From an uncultured delta proteobacterium (GTDB lineage Bacteria > Myxococcota > Kuafuiibacteriia > Kuafuiibacteriales > Kuafuiibacteriaceae), in the NCBI GenBank assembly GCA_963803435.1, contig CAWDML010000006.1, forward strand, positions 32,001 to 96,000: DNA of 64,000 nt, written 5' to 3'. Below, in pieces: positions 9,948 to 18,306 of this stretch. How positions within the stretch are numbered: position 1 is the stretch's first letter; every line of letters starts with the position of its first letter. A program made the translations under genes and the position numbers. The notes under the pieces were generated by a model, which did not search any database, was not told the DNA's origin, and saw only the letters and a program-made list of their open reading frames with translations.

Positions 9948-11933
9948 TCAACGATCGAAGGCGATGCAGGAGGCGCGACGAAGCGCGCCCAACGCAGTGA
10001 TCATTCGTCTCTCCTCGAGCCCGACCGCGCCGATCAACGCCCACCCGCTCTTCACCCCGTCGATCGCAGCGAGCACTCGCACCGGATCCCCGGAAAGGCG
10101 CGTCGAGACCCGCCCCCAGCGGCTCCGATGCTCCACCTCGATCTCGGTCGCATCGGCCAGGCTCAGCGCGATCGGCGTCGGTCGGCCACCGGCAAACGTG
10201 GCGGTCAGACCGGACAGCGAGACGCGCGGGATCAGATCGAGGACCGAGCGATAGCCGGCGGCCTTGCGGACGATGCTCCGGCCGAGGACGCAGGCGTCCA
10301 CTCCCGTGTAGAGCAGACACCACAGCGCATCTTCGGGGGTCTCGACGATCGGCTCGCCCATCACGTTGAACGACGTGTTCAGGATGATCGGGACGCCCGT
10401 CCGCTGATGGAACCGCTCCACCAGCTCGTAGAAGAGGCCGTTGTCGGCGCGGCTCACGGTCTGCACGCGACCCGTGTGATCGACGTGAGCCACGGCGGGG
10501 ACCTTCTCCTCGGCGCCCGGCTTGAACCGGAAGATTCGCAGCATGAACGGGCTCTCGGCGCTCCCCCCGTCGACCTCGAACCATCGGTCGAGCTCCTCGC
10601 GCAGGATCACGGGGGCAAAGGGACGGAACCCCTCGCGGTGCTTGACCCGCTCGTTGAGGAGTCGCTTCGCGTCGGGCCGGCGCGGATCGCAGAGAATGCT
10701 CCGATGCCCGAGCGCGCGAGGACCGAGCTCGGAGCCACCCATGAACCAGCCGACCACCGCCCCGTCGCACAGCAGGTCGACGACGGCGTCGATCATCTGC
10801 TCTTTCGGCTCGACCCTCTCCACGTGCGGCGTCGAAGCGATGGCGGACGCGATCTCGAAGTCGCTGTACGTCTTCCCCATGGAGTCGACCTTGAGCATCG
10901 AGCGGCCGTTCCGGCCCGTCAGCTTCCACAGACCGTAGTAGGCGGCGCCAATCGCGCCACCGCTGTCCTCGGTGGCCGGCATGATGTAGATCGAGTCGAA
11001 GTCCTCCTTGTACACCACCTTCTGGTTCGCGACGCTGTTGAGCGCCACGCCGCCAGCGTAGCAAAACCTCGTGTTCGAGCTCAGCTCCCGGCAGCGGCGC
11101 ACCAGATGACGCAGCCCCCGCTCGAGCGCCTCCTGGGCCCCGAACGCGAGGTCCTCGTACGCCTCCGGGTGGTGCGGCCACCGCTCCTCTTGCACGAACC
11201 GCGTCGGTACGGCGTCGCGGAAGTGGAAACGCCCATCGCGGTCGATCGAGAAGAAGTCCTCGGTGCCGAGACGAGGACGGCCATACGGCGCCAGCCCCAT
11301 CACCTTCCCGCACTCCATGAGATCGCCGAAGATCTGCTGCGCGGCGGCGTTGAAGATCCCTCCGAGGCTGCCGAAGTCCGGCATCCTTCGATCCTGATGG
11401 AAATCGACCACGATGCCGACGTGCTTCTCGAGGGGGACGCACTCGATCCCGGACGCTTCGTAGATCGTCACGACCTCCCGGAGAACGCCGGAGAGCGTGT
11501 CGGGAAAGCTGCACAGCTTGATCTCACCCGTCGCGTCGCCGGGGAGCTCGGCGAGCGGCTGCCCGTTTCCGTCGGCCACGAGGATCACGGCGTCCTCGAA
11601 CCCGCTCGTCGCGAAGACGCCGATCGCGTGCCCCAGATGGTGCGAGATGGTGAGGACCGGCGCCGCGAGGGAAGGGAGCCGGTACTCGCACGGCGCCTTG
11701 TCGATGCCGCAGACGACCGCGAGATCGAGCTCCCGGAGCGTGATCCCGGCGTGCTTCAGGCAGTAGTCGACGCAGAGGCTCGTGGTCCAGTCCCGCCCGA
11801 CCGTGGAGCGCTTGCGCCGGTTCAGGCGCTCCTCCTGCACCGCCACCACAATCTCGTCGCCCTTGAGCAGGCAGGCTGCTGCGTTGTGGTGGGGCGTCGA
11901 CACTCCGAGCACCCATGGCGCGCCGTCGCTCAT
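9948..11933 (-). CDS. O-carbamoyltransferase (NodU/CmcH/TobZ/NovN family) with C-terminal extension
   Basis: HNAAACL, QEERLNRRK, HHLGHA, GKVMGLAPYG, AGGVALNS, ELGPRALGHRSIL, KHREGFRPFAP, LNTSFN. Confidence 0.95.
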   Translation of the reverse strand: MSDGAPWVLGVSTPHHNAAACLLKGDEIVVAVQEERLNRRKRSTVGRDWTTSLCVDYCLKHAGITLRELDLAVVCGIDKAPCEYRLPSLAAPVLTISHHLGHAIGVFATSGFEDAVILVADGNGQPLAELPGDATGEIKLCSFPDTLSGVLREVVTIYEASGIECVPLEKHVGIVVDFHQDRRMPDFGSLGGIFNAAAQQIFGDLMECGKVMGLAPYGRPRLGTEDFFSIDRDGRFHFRDAVPTRFVQEERWPHHPEAYEDLAFGAQEALERGLRHLVRRCRELSSNTRFCYAGGVALNSVANQKVVYKEDFDSIYIMPATEDSGGAIGAAYYGLWKLTGRNGRSMLKVDSMGKTYSDFEIASAIASTPHVERVEPKEQMIDAVVDLLCDGAVVGWFMGGSELGPRALGHRSILCDPRRPDAKRLLNERVKHREGFRPFAPVILREELDRWFEVDGGSAESPFMLRIFRFKPGAEEKVPAVAHVDHTGRVQTVSRADNGLFYELVERFHQRTGVPIILNTSFNVMGEPIVETPEDALWCLLYTGVDACVLGRSIVRKAAGYRSVLDLIPRVSLSGLTATFAGGRPTPIALSLADATEIEVEHRSRWGRVSTRLSGDPVRVLAAIDGVKSGWALIGAVGLEERRMITALGALRRASCIAFDR

Positions 11934-13519
11934 CGTACCCTCCCGACCGGAGTCGACACCACGATACCCTCATCCATCAGCCGCCGCACCGCGGAGCGGA
12001 CCTCTCCTCGCGACGTCTTCAGCTCGACCGCGAGCGCCTCGTACTCGATGCACGGTCGCGCGAGCAGGCGCTCGACGATCGCCCGCATCGTCCCGGTGAC
12101 CGGAGCCGTCTCGAAGGGCCATAGCGGGTCGTACACCCGGACGCGACGACCCTCCACGTCCACAAGCCGCGAGACCAGCGACAACACGTCGGTCCTCCCC
12201 GGGGTCCGCCGGCTCCGGCCCAACGCGTACGGTTCAATCAGCCGCTCGAAGAGATCGTACCTCGAGGTGAACGAGTAGCGCGCGCCCCCTGCGTTCTCCC
12301 CTCCCCCCCACGCCTCGACGAACCGCCTGCCCAGCGGTGTCCATGCGTTGGTCCGTCCTCCGCGCCGTCGCGGTGCGAGCGACCGAGCGACCTGCTCCCT
12401 CATGCGCGCCTGGAACGATTCGAGCCGGTACCGCTCCAGGACCCTCCGGCGCGCCGCCGCCCCCATGCGCGCTCTCCGCTCCGCGCTCTCAATCAGGCGG
12501 CGACAGTTGTCGAGCAGCCGGCAGCGATCCACGCGGATGCCCTTCGGTGTGATCAGCGCGGGCGCCAAGAGCCCGGTGGTCCCGTGCGCGATCGTGTCCT
12601 TCGGGCCGCCCCAGGAGACCCCGAGCACCGGCAGCCCACAGCTCATGGCCTCGACGTTCGAGTAGCAGAAGTTCTCGCCCAGATGCGTCGTGAGGTTGAC
12701 GAACAAATCCGACGCCGACAACACCCGAGGGAGCTCGTCGCGAGGGAGCTGCCCCAGCTGGATGATGTTGCTCATCTCGCCGCCGGCCGAGTCGTACAGG
12801 CACTTCGCCATGTCGACCGGCCCCGTCCCGAAGTTGCGCATCCGCTCGTCCGCGACCTCGCCCACGATGAGCAGCTTGAGGTGCGGATGGATCCGAGAGA
12901 GCTCGCCGAAGACTCCGACCAGCGTGTGCACGTTCTTCTCCGCGAAGACGCGTCCGACGTACGTGAGCATGAGATCGCCGGCCTCGACGCCGAGATGGGC
13001 CCGAACGGACGCGGTCTCCTCGGCAGGTCTCGGCCGGAAGTGCTCGGTGTCGACGCCGAACGGGACGACGGCCGTCGCGGCCCGACACTGCGCGACCAAT
13101 CGGTGAAAGATCGCCTGGTCGGCGCGGCACGAGAAGACGATCCGATCCCCGGCACGGAGACGGCCGAGGATCGCACGAAGATAGAGCGCACCGCGAGGCA
13201 GCTCGCCGAGCGGGAGGTAGACGATGGGCAGGTCGAGCCCCAACGAGTCCCGCATCTGGAACGACTCGAGCACGTCCCACACGGGACCTCGCGGCGCGAC
13301 GACGAGCACGTCGCAGCGCGGAAGAAACTCGCCGAGGATGAGCTGCCGGCGGCGGTCGTGGCGCGGGAGCTGGAAGTAATAGGACGGCAGCCGCTCCACG
13401 CGGAGCTCGCGGGCGAGGCCGGCGTCGATGTCCCCCATGAGCCCGCCGACGCTGACGCCCTGACCAATCGATGGATCGGTGGAGCGATGGCGCAGCAGAC
13501 CGACGATGGGTCTCGTCAT
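11930..13519 (-). CDS. GT4 glycosyltransferase with C-terminal winged-helix-like extension
   Basis: PFGVDTEHF, YVGRVFAEKNV, ENFCYSNVEAMSCGLPV; the longer track ORF is a frameshift fusion with upstream sequence. Confidence 0.88.
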   Translation of the reverse strand: MTRPIVGLLRHRSTDPSIGQGVSVGGLMGDIDAGLARELRVERLPSYYFQLPRHDRRRQLILGEFLPRCDVLVVAPRGPVWDVLESFQMRDSLGLDLPIVYLPLGELPRGALYLRAILGRLRAGDRIVFSCRADQAIFHRLVAQCRAATAVVPFGVDTEHFRPRPAEETASVRAHLGVEAGDLMLTYVGRVFAEKNVHTLVGVFGELSRIHPHLKLLIVGEVADERMRNFGTGPVDMAKCLYDSAGGEMSNIIQLGQLPRDELPRVLSASDLFVNLTTHLGENFCYSNVEAMSCGLPVLGVSWGGPKDTIAHGTTGLLAPALITPKGIRVDRCRLLDNCRRLIESAERRARMGAAARRRVLERYRLESFQARMREQVARSLAPRRRGGRTNAWTPLGRRFVEAWGGGENAGGARYSFTSRYDLFERLIEPYALGRSRRTPGRTDVLSLVSRLVDVEGRRVRVYDPLWPFETAPVTGTMRAIVERLLARPCIEYEALAVELKTSRGEVRSAVRRLMDEGIVVSTPVGRVR

Positions 13520-13568
13520 GCGGGAGACGATATCGTGGACGATGTCGCCGCGTCTGTGCGGCGCTCGC

Positions 13569-14461
13569 TCATCTCGGTGGAGCCCCCGCGGCGGCGGCGG
13601 CTCGCGATCGCAGGAGGAGGACGAGGCCGAGAAGGAGCAGGAGGAGCCCCCCCTCCTCGCCGCCCGCGGCCGAGCAGCCACCAAAGCCGTCGTCCTGTTC
13701 GACGACGAGGAAGCTCGGGCCGTCGGGGGGATAGCACGATAGCACTGCTGAGTCGGAGCGCCGGCGGGATAGATGGAGCAGATCCCGTCGATGTCGTCCG
13801 ACTCGAGGCTGCGCTTCTTCGTCTCGCAGGCGGGCGCGCTCGCGTACATCGTGACGTCTTCGTAGCGCGGCGTGTTCGGCGGTGGTCGAGGCCGATCACG
13901 TGGCCGACCTCGTGCGTGACGGTGTTGCGAAGATCCATGGTGTCGGTCTGGGGATCGCAGGTGTCGTCGACGCGGGTGAGGTCGAAGAACTCGTCGTTGA
14001 TCTCGATGTCGGCGTCGACCACCACGCCCGCGCGCGTGTCGTACGCGCTCGTGGTCACCGCCAGCGCGGTGCGCTCGTACGGCCAGCCGGTGGAGTGCGC
14101 CACCACCACGTTCTTGTTGTCGCCGTTCTGCCCGTAGCCCGCGGCGAGGCCGGGGAGCGCGCCTCCGTAGGGGAGCGTGAGAATCGGAGCTGGGCACGTC
14201 CTCCCAGGCGGCGAAGGAGGCCCGCACGTCCTCTTCGGCCCTCGTACAATCGTAGAGATCGTAGAGCGCCTCGTCGGCGTACCAGGTGATCTCGCGCGAC
14301 TCCCAGACGAGCGACCGACCGAAGTTGCTCCCGACCCGGCTGCACTTGAACGCGAGCGCGTCGGAGGCGGCGAGCAGCAGGCCGGCGGCGAGGAGGAGCG
14401 TGGCGTACGGGGTTCTTCGGCGGGCGAGCCACATGATCGACAGCAGGACAATCGCGAGCAT
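13569..14461 (-). pseudogene. Matrixin-like metalloprotease with MYXO-CTERM tail (MXAN_2677/2678-like), frameshifted
   Basis: DADIEIN, HEVGHVIGLDH, TMYASA Met-turn, C-terminus DDGFGGCSAAGG-LLLLLLGLVLLL-RSR; several frameshifts. Confidence 0.8.
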
Positions 14462-15429
14462 CTCCCCGCCTCGCCCTCCCTGTCGATGGGTCGTGCATCC
14501 GCACCCGCCCCCCTCGAGCCCCGGCGGCTCACCACAGGGCGGCGGCGGCCGTTCGAGATAGAGCGCGCCGTAGAGCCCGGTGCTCGGATCCCTGACAATC
14601 GAGATCCGCGGAAGCGTCCCACCCGTCCTGCAGCGCCGTCTCACCGCCGGCGGAGAGGCGGGGCGAGAGCTCGGGGGGGATCGGGAGCACGCCCCGGACC
14701 ACGAGATCCCCCTCGGGACAGGCGCGCTCCAGCGAGAGCGGTCGCGGCGCCGTCCCCGTGGCGGTTCCGGCGTAGTGGACCCGGAGCCCCTCGAGATCGT
14801 CCTCGCCGAGGGTCCGCTTCACCACGGTCGGTGCCAGGGTCGGCGCCATCACGGCGTCGAGGATGCGCGCGCGCTCGGCCTCGGGGATCGAGAAGCAGGG
14901 GGTGCGCGCTGCCGGGCTCGCCGCAGGAGTGCAAGAAACCGAGCGCGTGCCCGAGCTCATGGAGCACCACACTCTCGGCGTCGAACGCGTCCGCCTCGTC
15001 GCCGAAGGTGAAGGTGGCGCCGTTGAGGAGGACATCGGCCTCGCGGATCCGTCCGGTCGCGACGTCGTAGAAGAGATCAGTATGGGCGACCGTCCGGGCG
15101 GGATCGCCGAAGTCCGCGTCCCATTCGGAGACGACGCCGATGGTGTTCCGTCCGTCCTCGGGGGCGATCGCGTCGTCCGGCCCCCTCCAGGTGAGGCGCG
15201 CGCCGAGCGACAATCCGATCACCCAGACGTCGGCCGCCGCCCGGCACGCGGCCGCGAACCGCTCGCCCTCCGGATCACCGGGTGCGAAGACGGCGCCGTA
15301 GTCGAAGGCGGGTGGGTCCCAGCGCAGCTCGGCGCCGCTCGAAGTGCGCGCCAGCTCGAACGCGGAGGCCGGACGGGCGAGGAACAGGAGCGGGATCGCC
15401 CAGAGCGCGCCGTGGCTCCGGCGGATCAC
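14410..15429 (-). pseudogene. Matrixin-like metalloprotease with MYXO-CTERM, frameshifted
   Basis: Signal peptide, EADVLLN, HELGHALGFLH, AVMAP Met-turn, GGGCGC-TM-RRR. Confidence 0.8.
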
Positions 15430-16025
15430 TGCCCGAGCGTGGTGGTCGGCGGCGTAGCGGGTGGAGCGGTGACCGGGGTCCCGTCGAGGGCGGGCGTCTG
15501 GGGCTGGGTTGGGCGCGCCGGCGTGCTGCCGACCGCGGCCTGCACGCGATCGCGGATGGTCCCGAGCGGGATGCGGCCGGCGTCGACGGCGGTCGGATCG
15601 ATCTTCATGCGGCCGTCGGAGCCGGGCTTGGCGAACGCGAGCCCCTCGACGCTCGGAACCGCGAACGCACCATCCTTCTCGGGACGCTCGACATGGAACT
15701 TGCCCTGGCTCATGCCGATCACCTGGAACTGCGTCGCGTCGACCGGATCATTGCGCAGGAAGACCACCACCTCCTCGCCCAGCGTGAAGCGCGGCGTGCC
15801 GCTCACCTGCATGCCGATGGTGCCGACCCTCGCCGCCGAGCGTCCGCACCACGACGTTGTCGGGGACGGTCCCGCGCGTGTGCATCCGCTCGAGGATCTG
15901 GATCTCGGTGTACGTGAAGATCCGCCGGTGTGCGTCGTCCCAGGCGGCCTGGCTGTTCACGACGCGACCGCGCGCGACGCAGGCCGCCTCCGCGGCCACC
16001 TCCTCGATCGTCATCGGTACCACGA
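15426..16025 (-). pseudogene. Secreted hypothetical protein typical of matrixin operons; 5' truncated, frameshifted
   Basis: PMTIEEVAAEA..VVVRTLGG / VSGTPRFTLGEEVVVFL..VIGMSQGKF; signal peptide lost at the ~16030 junction. Confidence 0.65.
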
Positions 16026-16029
16026 TCGT

Positions 16030-16487
16030 GGCGCGCCAGGCTGCTCATCATTGGCGATGGGCCTCTCCAGGCGAAGCTCCGGCAGATGGCGGACGACCTG
16101 GAGCTCGGAGCAGCGACCGAGTTCATCCCGTTCGTCCCTCACAACGACCTCCCGCTCTACTATCGAGCGGCGGATCTCATGGTGGTTCCGTCCGACAAGC
16201 TCGAGACCTTCTGCATGGTCGCCCTGGAAGCGATCGCCTGTCATTGTCCGGTGATCGTGACGGATCAGGTACCCGAGATCGTGAGGCGGTTCCCGACTGT
16301 CCCTGCGGTGGAACCATACGACGTCTCGACCCTCGCCACGAAGATCGCGGCCGGGTCGGACGCGACGCTCCCGATCCTCACTGGCCCTCCCATCGAGGAT
16401 TTCGATTGGACGAACATAGCCCGGCGCTACGCAGCACTGTACGATTCGCTGTGCCGCCGCACGAGTCGATCGTACAGAGAGGGGTGA
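16030..16487 (+). pseudogene. 3' fragment of a GT4 paralog of 1350-2510
   Basis: ARLLIIGDGPL..PFVPHNDLPLYYR..KLETFCMVALEAIAC closely matches the C-terminal part of the first copy. Confidence 0.9.
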
Positions 16488-16490
16488 ACC

Positions 16491-17165
16491 GTGCCGGACA
16501 AGCTCGACCTTGGAAACCTCGACGCCGCTTCCCTTCGGAAGCGCCTCAGCCACGTGTATTGGATCGGCGGGGGAAGCGGCGGCGGGAAGTCGACGATCGC
16601 GGCTCGGTTGGCTGAACGGCGCGGTTTGCACCTGTACTCCACGGACGACGCCATGCGGGACCACGGCCAGCGCGTCACCACGGAGAATGCACCCTATCTG
16701 CGCGCTTTCGGGGCCATGGACATGGATGAGCGCTGGGTGAGCCGCTCGCCCGAGGTGATGCTGGAGACGTTCCATTGGTTTCAGGGCGAAGGCTTCCATC
16801 TCATCATCGAGGATCTCCTGGCGCTTCCCGAGCAGCCAGGGGTGGTGGTCGAAGGGTTCCGGCTCCTCCCGGACCTCGTCGGTCCCCTGCTCGAAAAGCC
16901 CGAGCACGCGGTCTGGCTGGTTCCCAGCGCGGAGTTCCGTCGAGCGGCGTTCGAAAGTCGCGGCACGTTATGGACCATCGCCAACAAGACCAGCCAACCC
17001 GAAAAGGCGCTGCACAACCTGCTGGTGCGCGATGGGATGTTCACGGAACGGGTCGAACGGGAGTGTGAAGCCGCTGGCCTCCCCATGATGCGAATCGACA
17101 CCTCGATGACAGAAGACGAGCTCTACCACCGAGTAGAAGCCCAGTTCGGTCTCGGTGGGAGCTAG
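16491..17165 (+). CDS. P-loop kinase-like protein, paralog of 700-1353
   Basis: HVYWIGGGSGGGKSTIAARLAE and most of the remaining sequence shared. Confidence 0.85.
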   Translation: MPDKLDLGNLDAASLRKRLSHVYWIGGGSGGGKSTIAARLAERRGLHLYSTDDAMRDHGQRVTTENAPYLRAFGAMDMDERWVSRSPEVMLETFHWFQGEGFHLIIEDLLALPEQPGVVVEGFRLLPDLVGPLLEKPEHAVWLVPSAEFRRAAFESRGTLWTIANKTSQPEKALHNLLVRDGMFTERVERECEAAGLPMMRIDTSMTEDELYHRVEAQFGLGGS

Positions 17166-17166
17166 C

Positions 17167-17565
17167 ATTGTACTTCAGGAATCCAATGAGATGCTCGAGG
17201 CTGGGCCCCGCGGCTCGAACCGGCCGCTGGTCAGCGTCATCATTCCCACCCGGGATCGAGAGCACCTGCTCGAGGAAGCGCTGATCAGCGTCGCCGAGCA
17301 GCAGCTCGAGGGCGGCATCGAGATTGTGGTCGTCAACGACGGCGTTCGCTTCACCCGAGCCTTCACTCGGGAATGGAGGAATCGGCTCAGCGCAGGCCGC
17401 AAGCGGGGCTGCAACGACCGGGGTCGAGATCACCTTCGTCGAGCTGAACCGTGGGGAAGGTCCGGCGGTCGCACGGAATGCGGGGATCCAGGAAGCCTCC
17501 GGGACGTACATCGCGTTCCTGGACGATGACGATCTGTTCCTGGCCAGCCATCTGAGGCTGGCGTC
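17167..17565 (+). pseudogene. 5' fragment of GT2 paralog (start ATG>ATT, frameshift, truncated)
   Basis: PLVSVIIPTRDREHLLEEAL, VVVNDG, GPAVARNAGI, YIAFLDDDD. Confidence 0.85.
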
Positions 17566-17630
17566 AGCGTACTGGAGTATTTATTCCAGAGGATCGGCAG
17601 TGAGAATCCGCCGGACTATCGCCACATCTC

Positions 17631-18299
17631 TCAGTTCTTCGAATCCGACTGATCGGGCCCCCGAAACGAGAACATGCGACCGTCCCATGTTCGCTTGGGG
17701 GCCGCGTCGGGTCCCAGGCGATGGATGCCGACCCGAAAGGAACCGTCCGGCGTGATCGCACAGGAGACCTCTGCGAAGCCTCGCTCGAGAAAAGAGGATT
17801 GCAGCTCGGCGCTTCGATCGGGTCCGTCGGTGCTTCGCGATCGCGTCCACAGGATCAGACCGCCCGCGGCCAGCAGCCCCGGGATCGCAGCGACGGTCTG
17901 CTGGGCGTCCTCCAAGGTGATGTTTCCGAACACTCCGCTCATGACCAGAAGGTCGATCGGAGCGATCTCGGCAAACGTCCTGAGGGCGCCGGCATCCGCC
18001 AGGCGTACCTCGACGTCCTCCAGCCCGAGCCCTGCGATGTTGCTCCGAGCCTTCGCGGCGACCGTCTGATCCTGTTCCAGGAGAAGCGCGCGGACCCTCC
18101 TCTGACTGCGCTGGTCGGCGAGCACCGGAAGCACGTCTCGTCCCTCACCCGCGCAGATGCTCACCAGGCGCACCACGCCGGTGGCGTCACCCGGAGCCGC
18201 TGCCAGGGCCTGGTGGAGGTGATCGTGGGTGAGCTGGAGTCGCTGGGTCAGACCCGCGTCGGAGTAGTGTCGATGCCACTCCGTCCAATCGGCGAACAT
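17631..18299 (-). CDS. Class I SAM-dependent methyltransferase
   Basis: LVSICAGEGRD, LLLEQD, LADAG, SGVFGNI. Confidence 0.75.
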   Translation of the reverse strand: MFADWTEWHRHYSDAGLTQRLQLTHDHLHQALAAAPGDATGVVRLVSICAGEGRDVLPVLADQRSQRRVRALLLEQDQTVAAKARSNIAGLGLEDVEVRLADAGALRTFAEIAPIDLLVMSGVFGNITLEDAQQTVAAIPGLLAAGGLILWTRSRSTDGPDRSAELQSSFLERGFAEVSCAITPDGSFRVGIHRLGPDAAPKRTWDGRMFSFRGPDQSDSKN

Positions 18300-18306
18300 C
18301 TATGGA

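Noticed and set aside
9597-12278. 893-aa plus-strand ORF and similar long antisense ORFs (12584-14137, 18430-20166, 57212-59086)
   Set aside because: Shadow ORFs opposite well-supported genes, expected in high-GC DNA
11930-14644. 904-aa protease-glycosyltransferase fusion
   Set aside because: Produced by frameshifts; the matrixin has its own stop at 13569 and GT4 its own start at 13519
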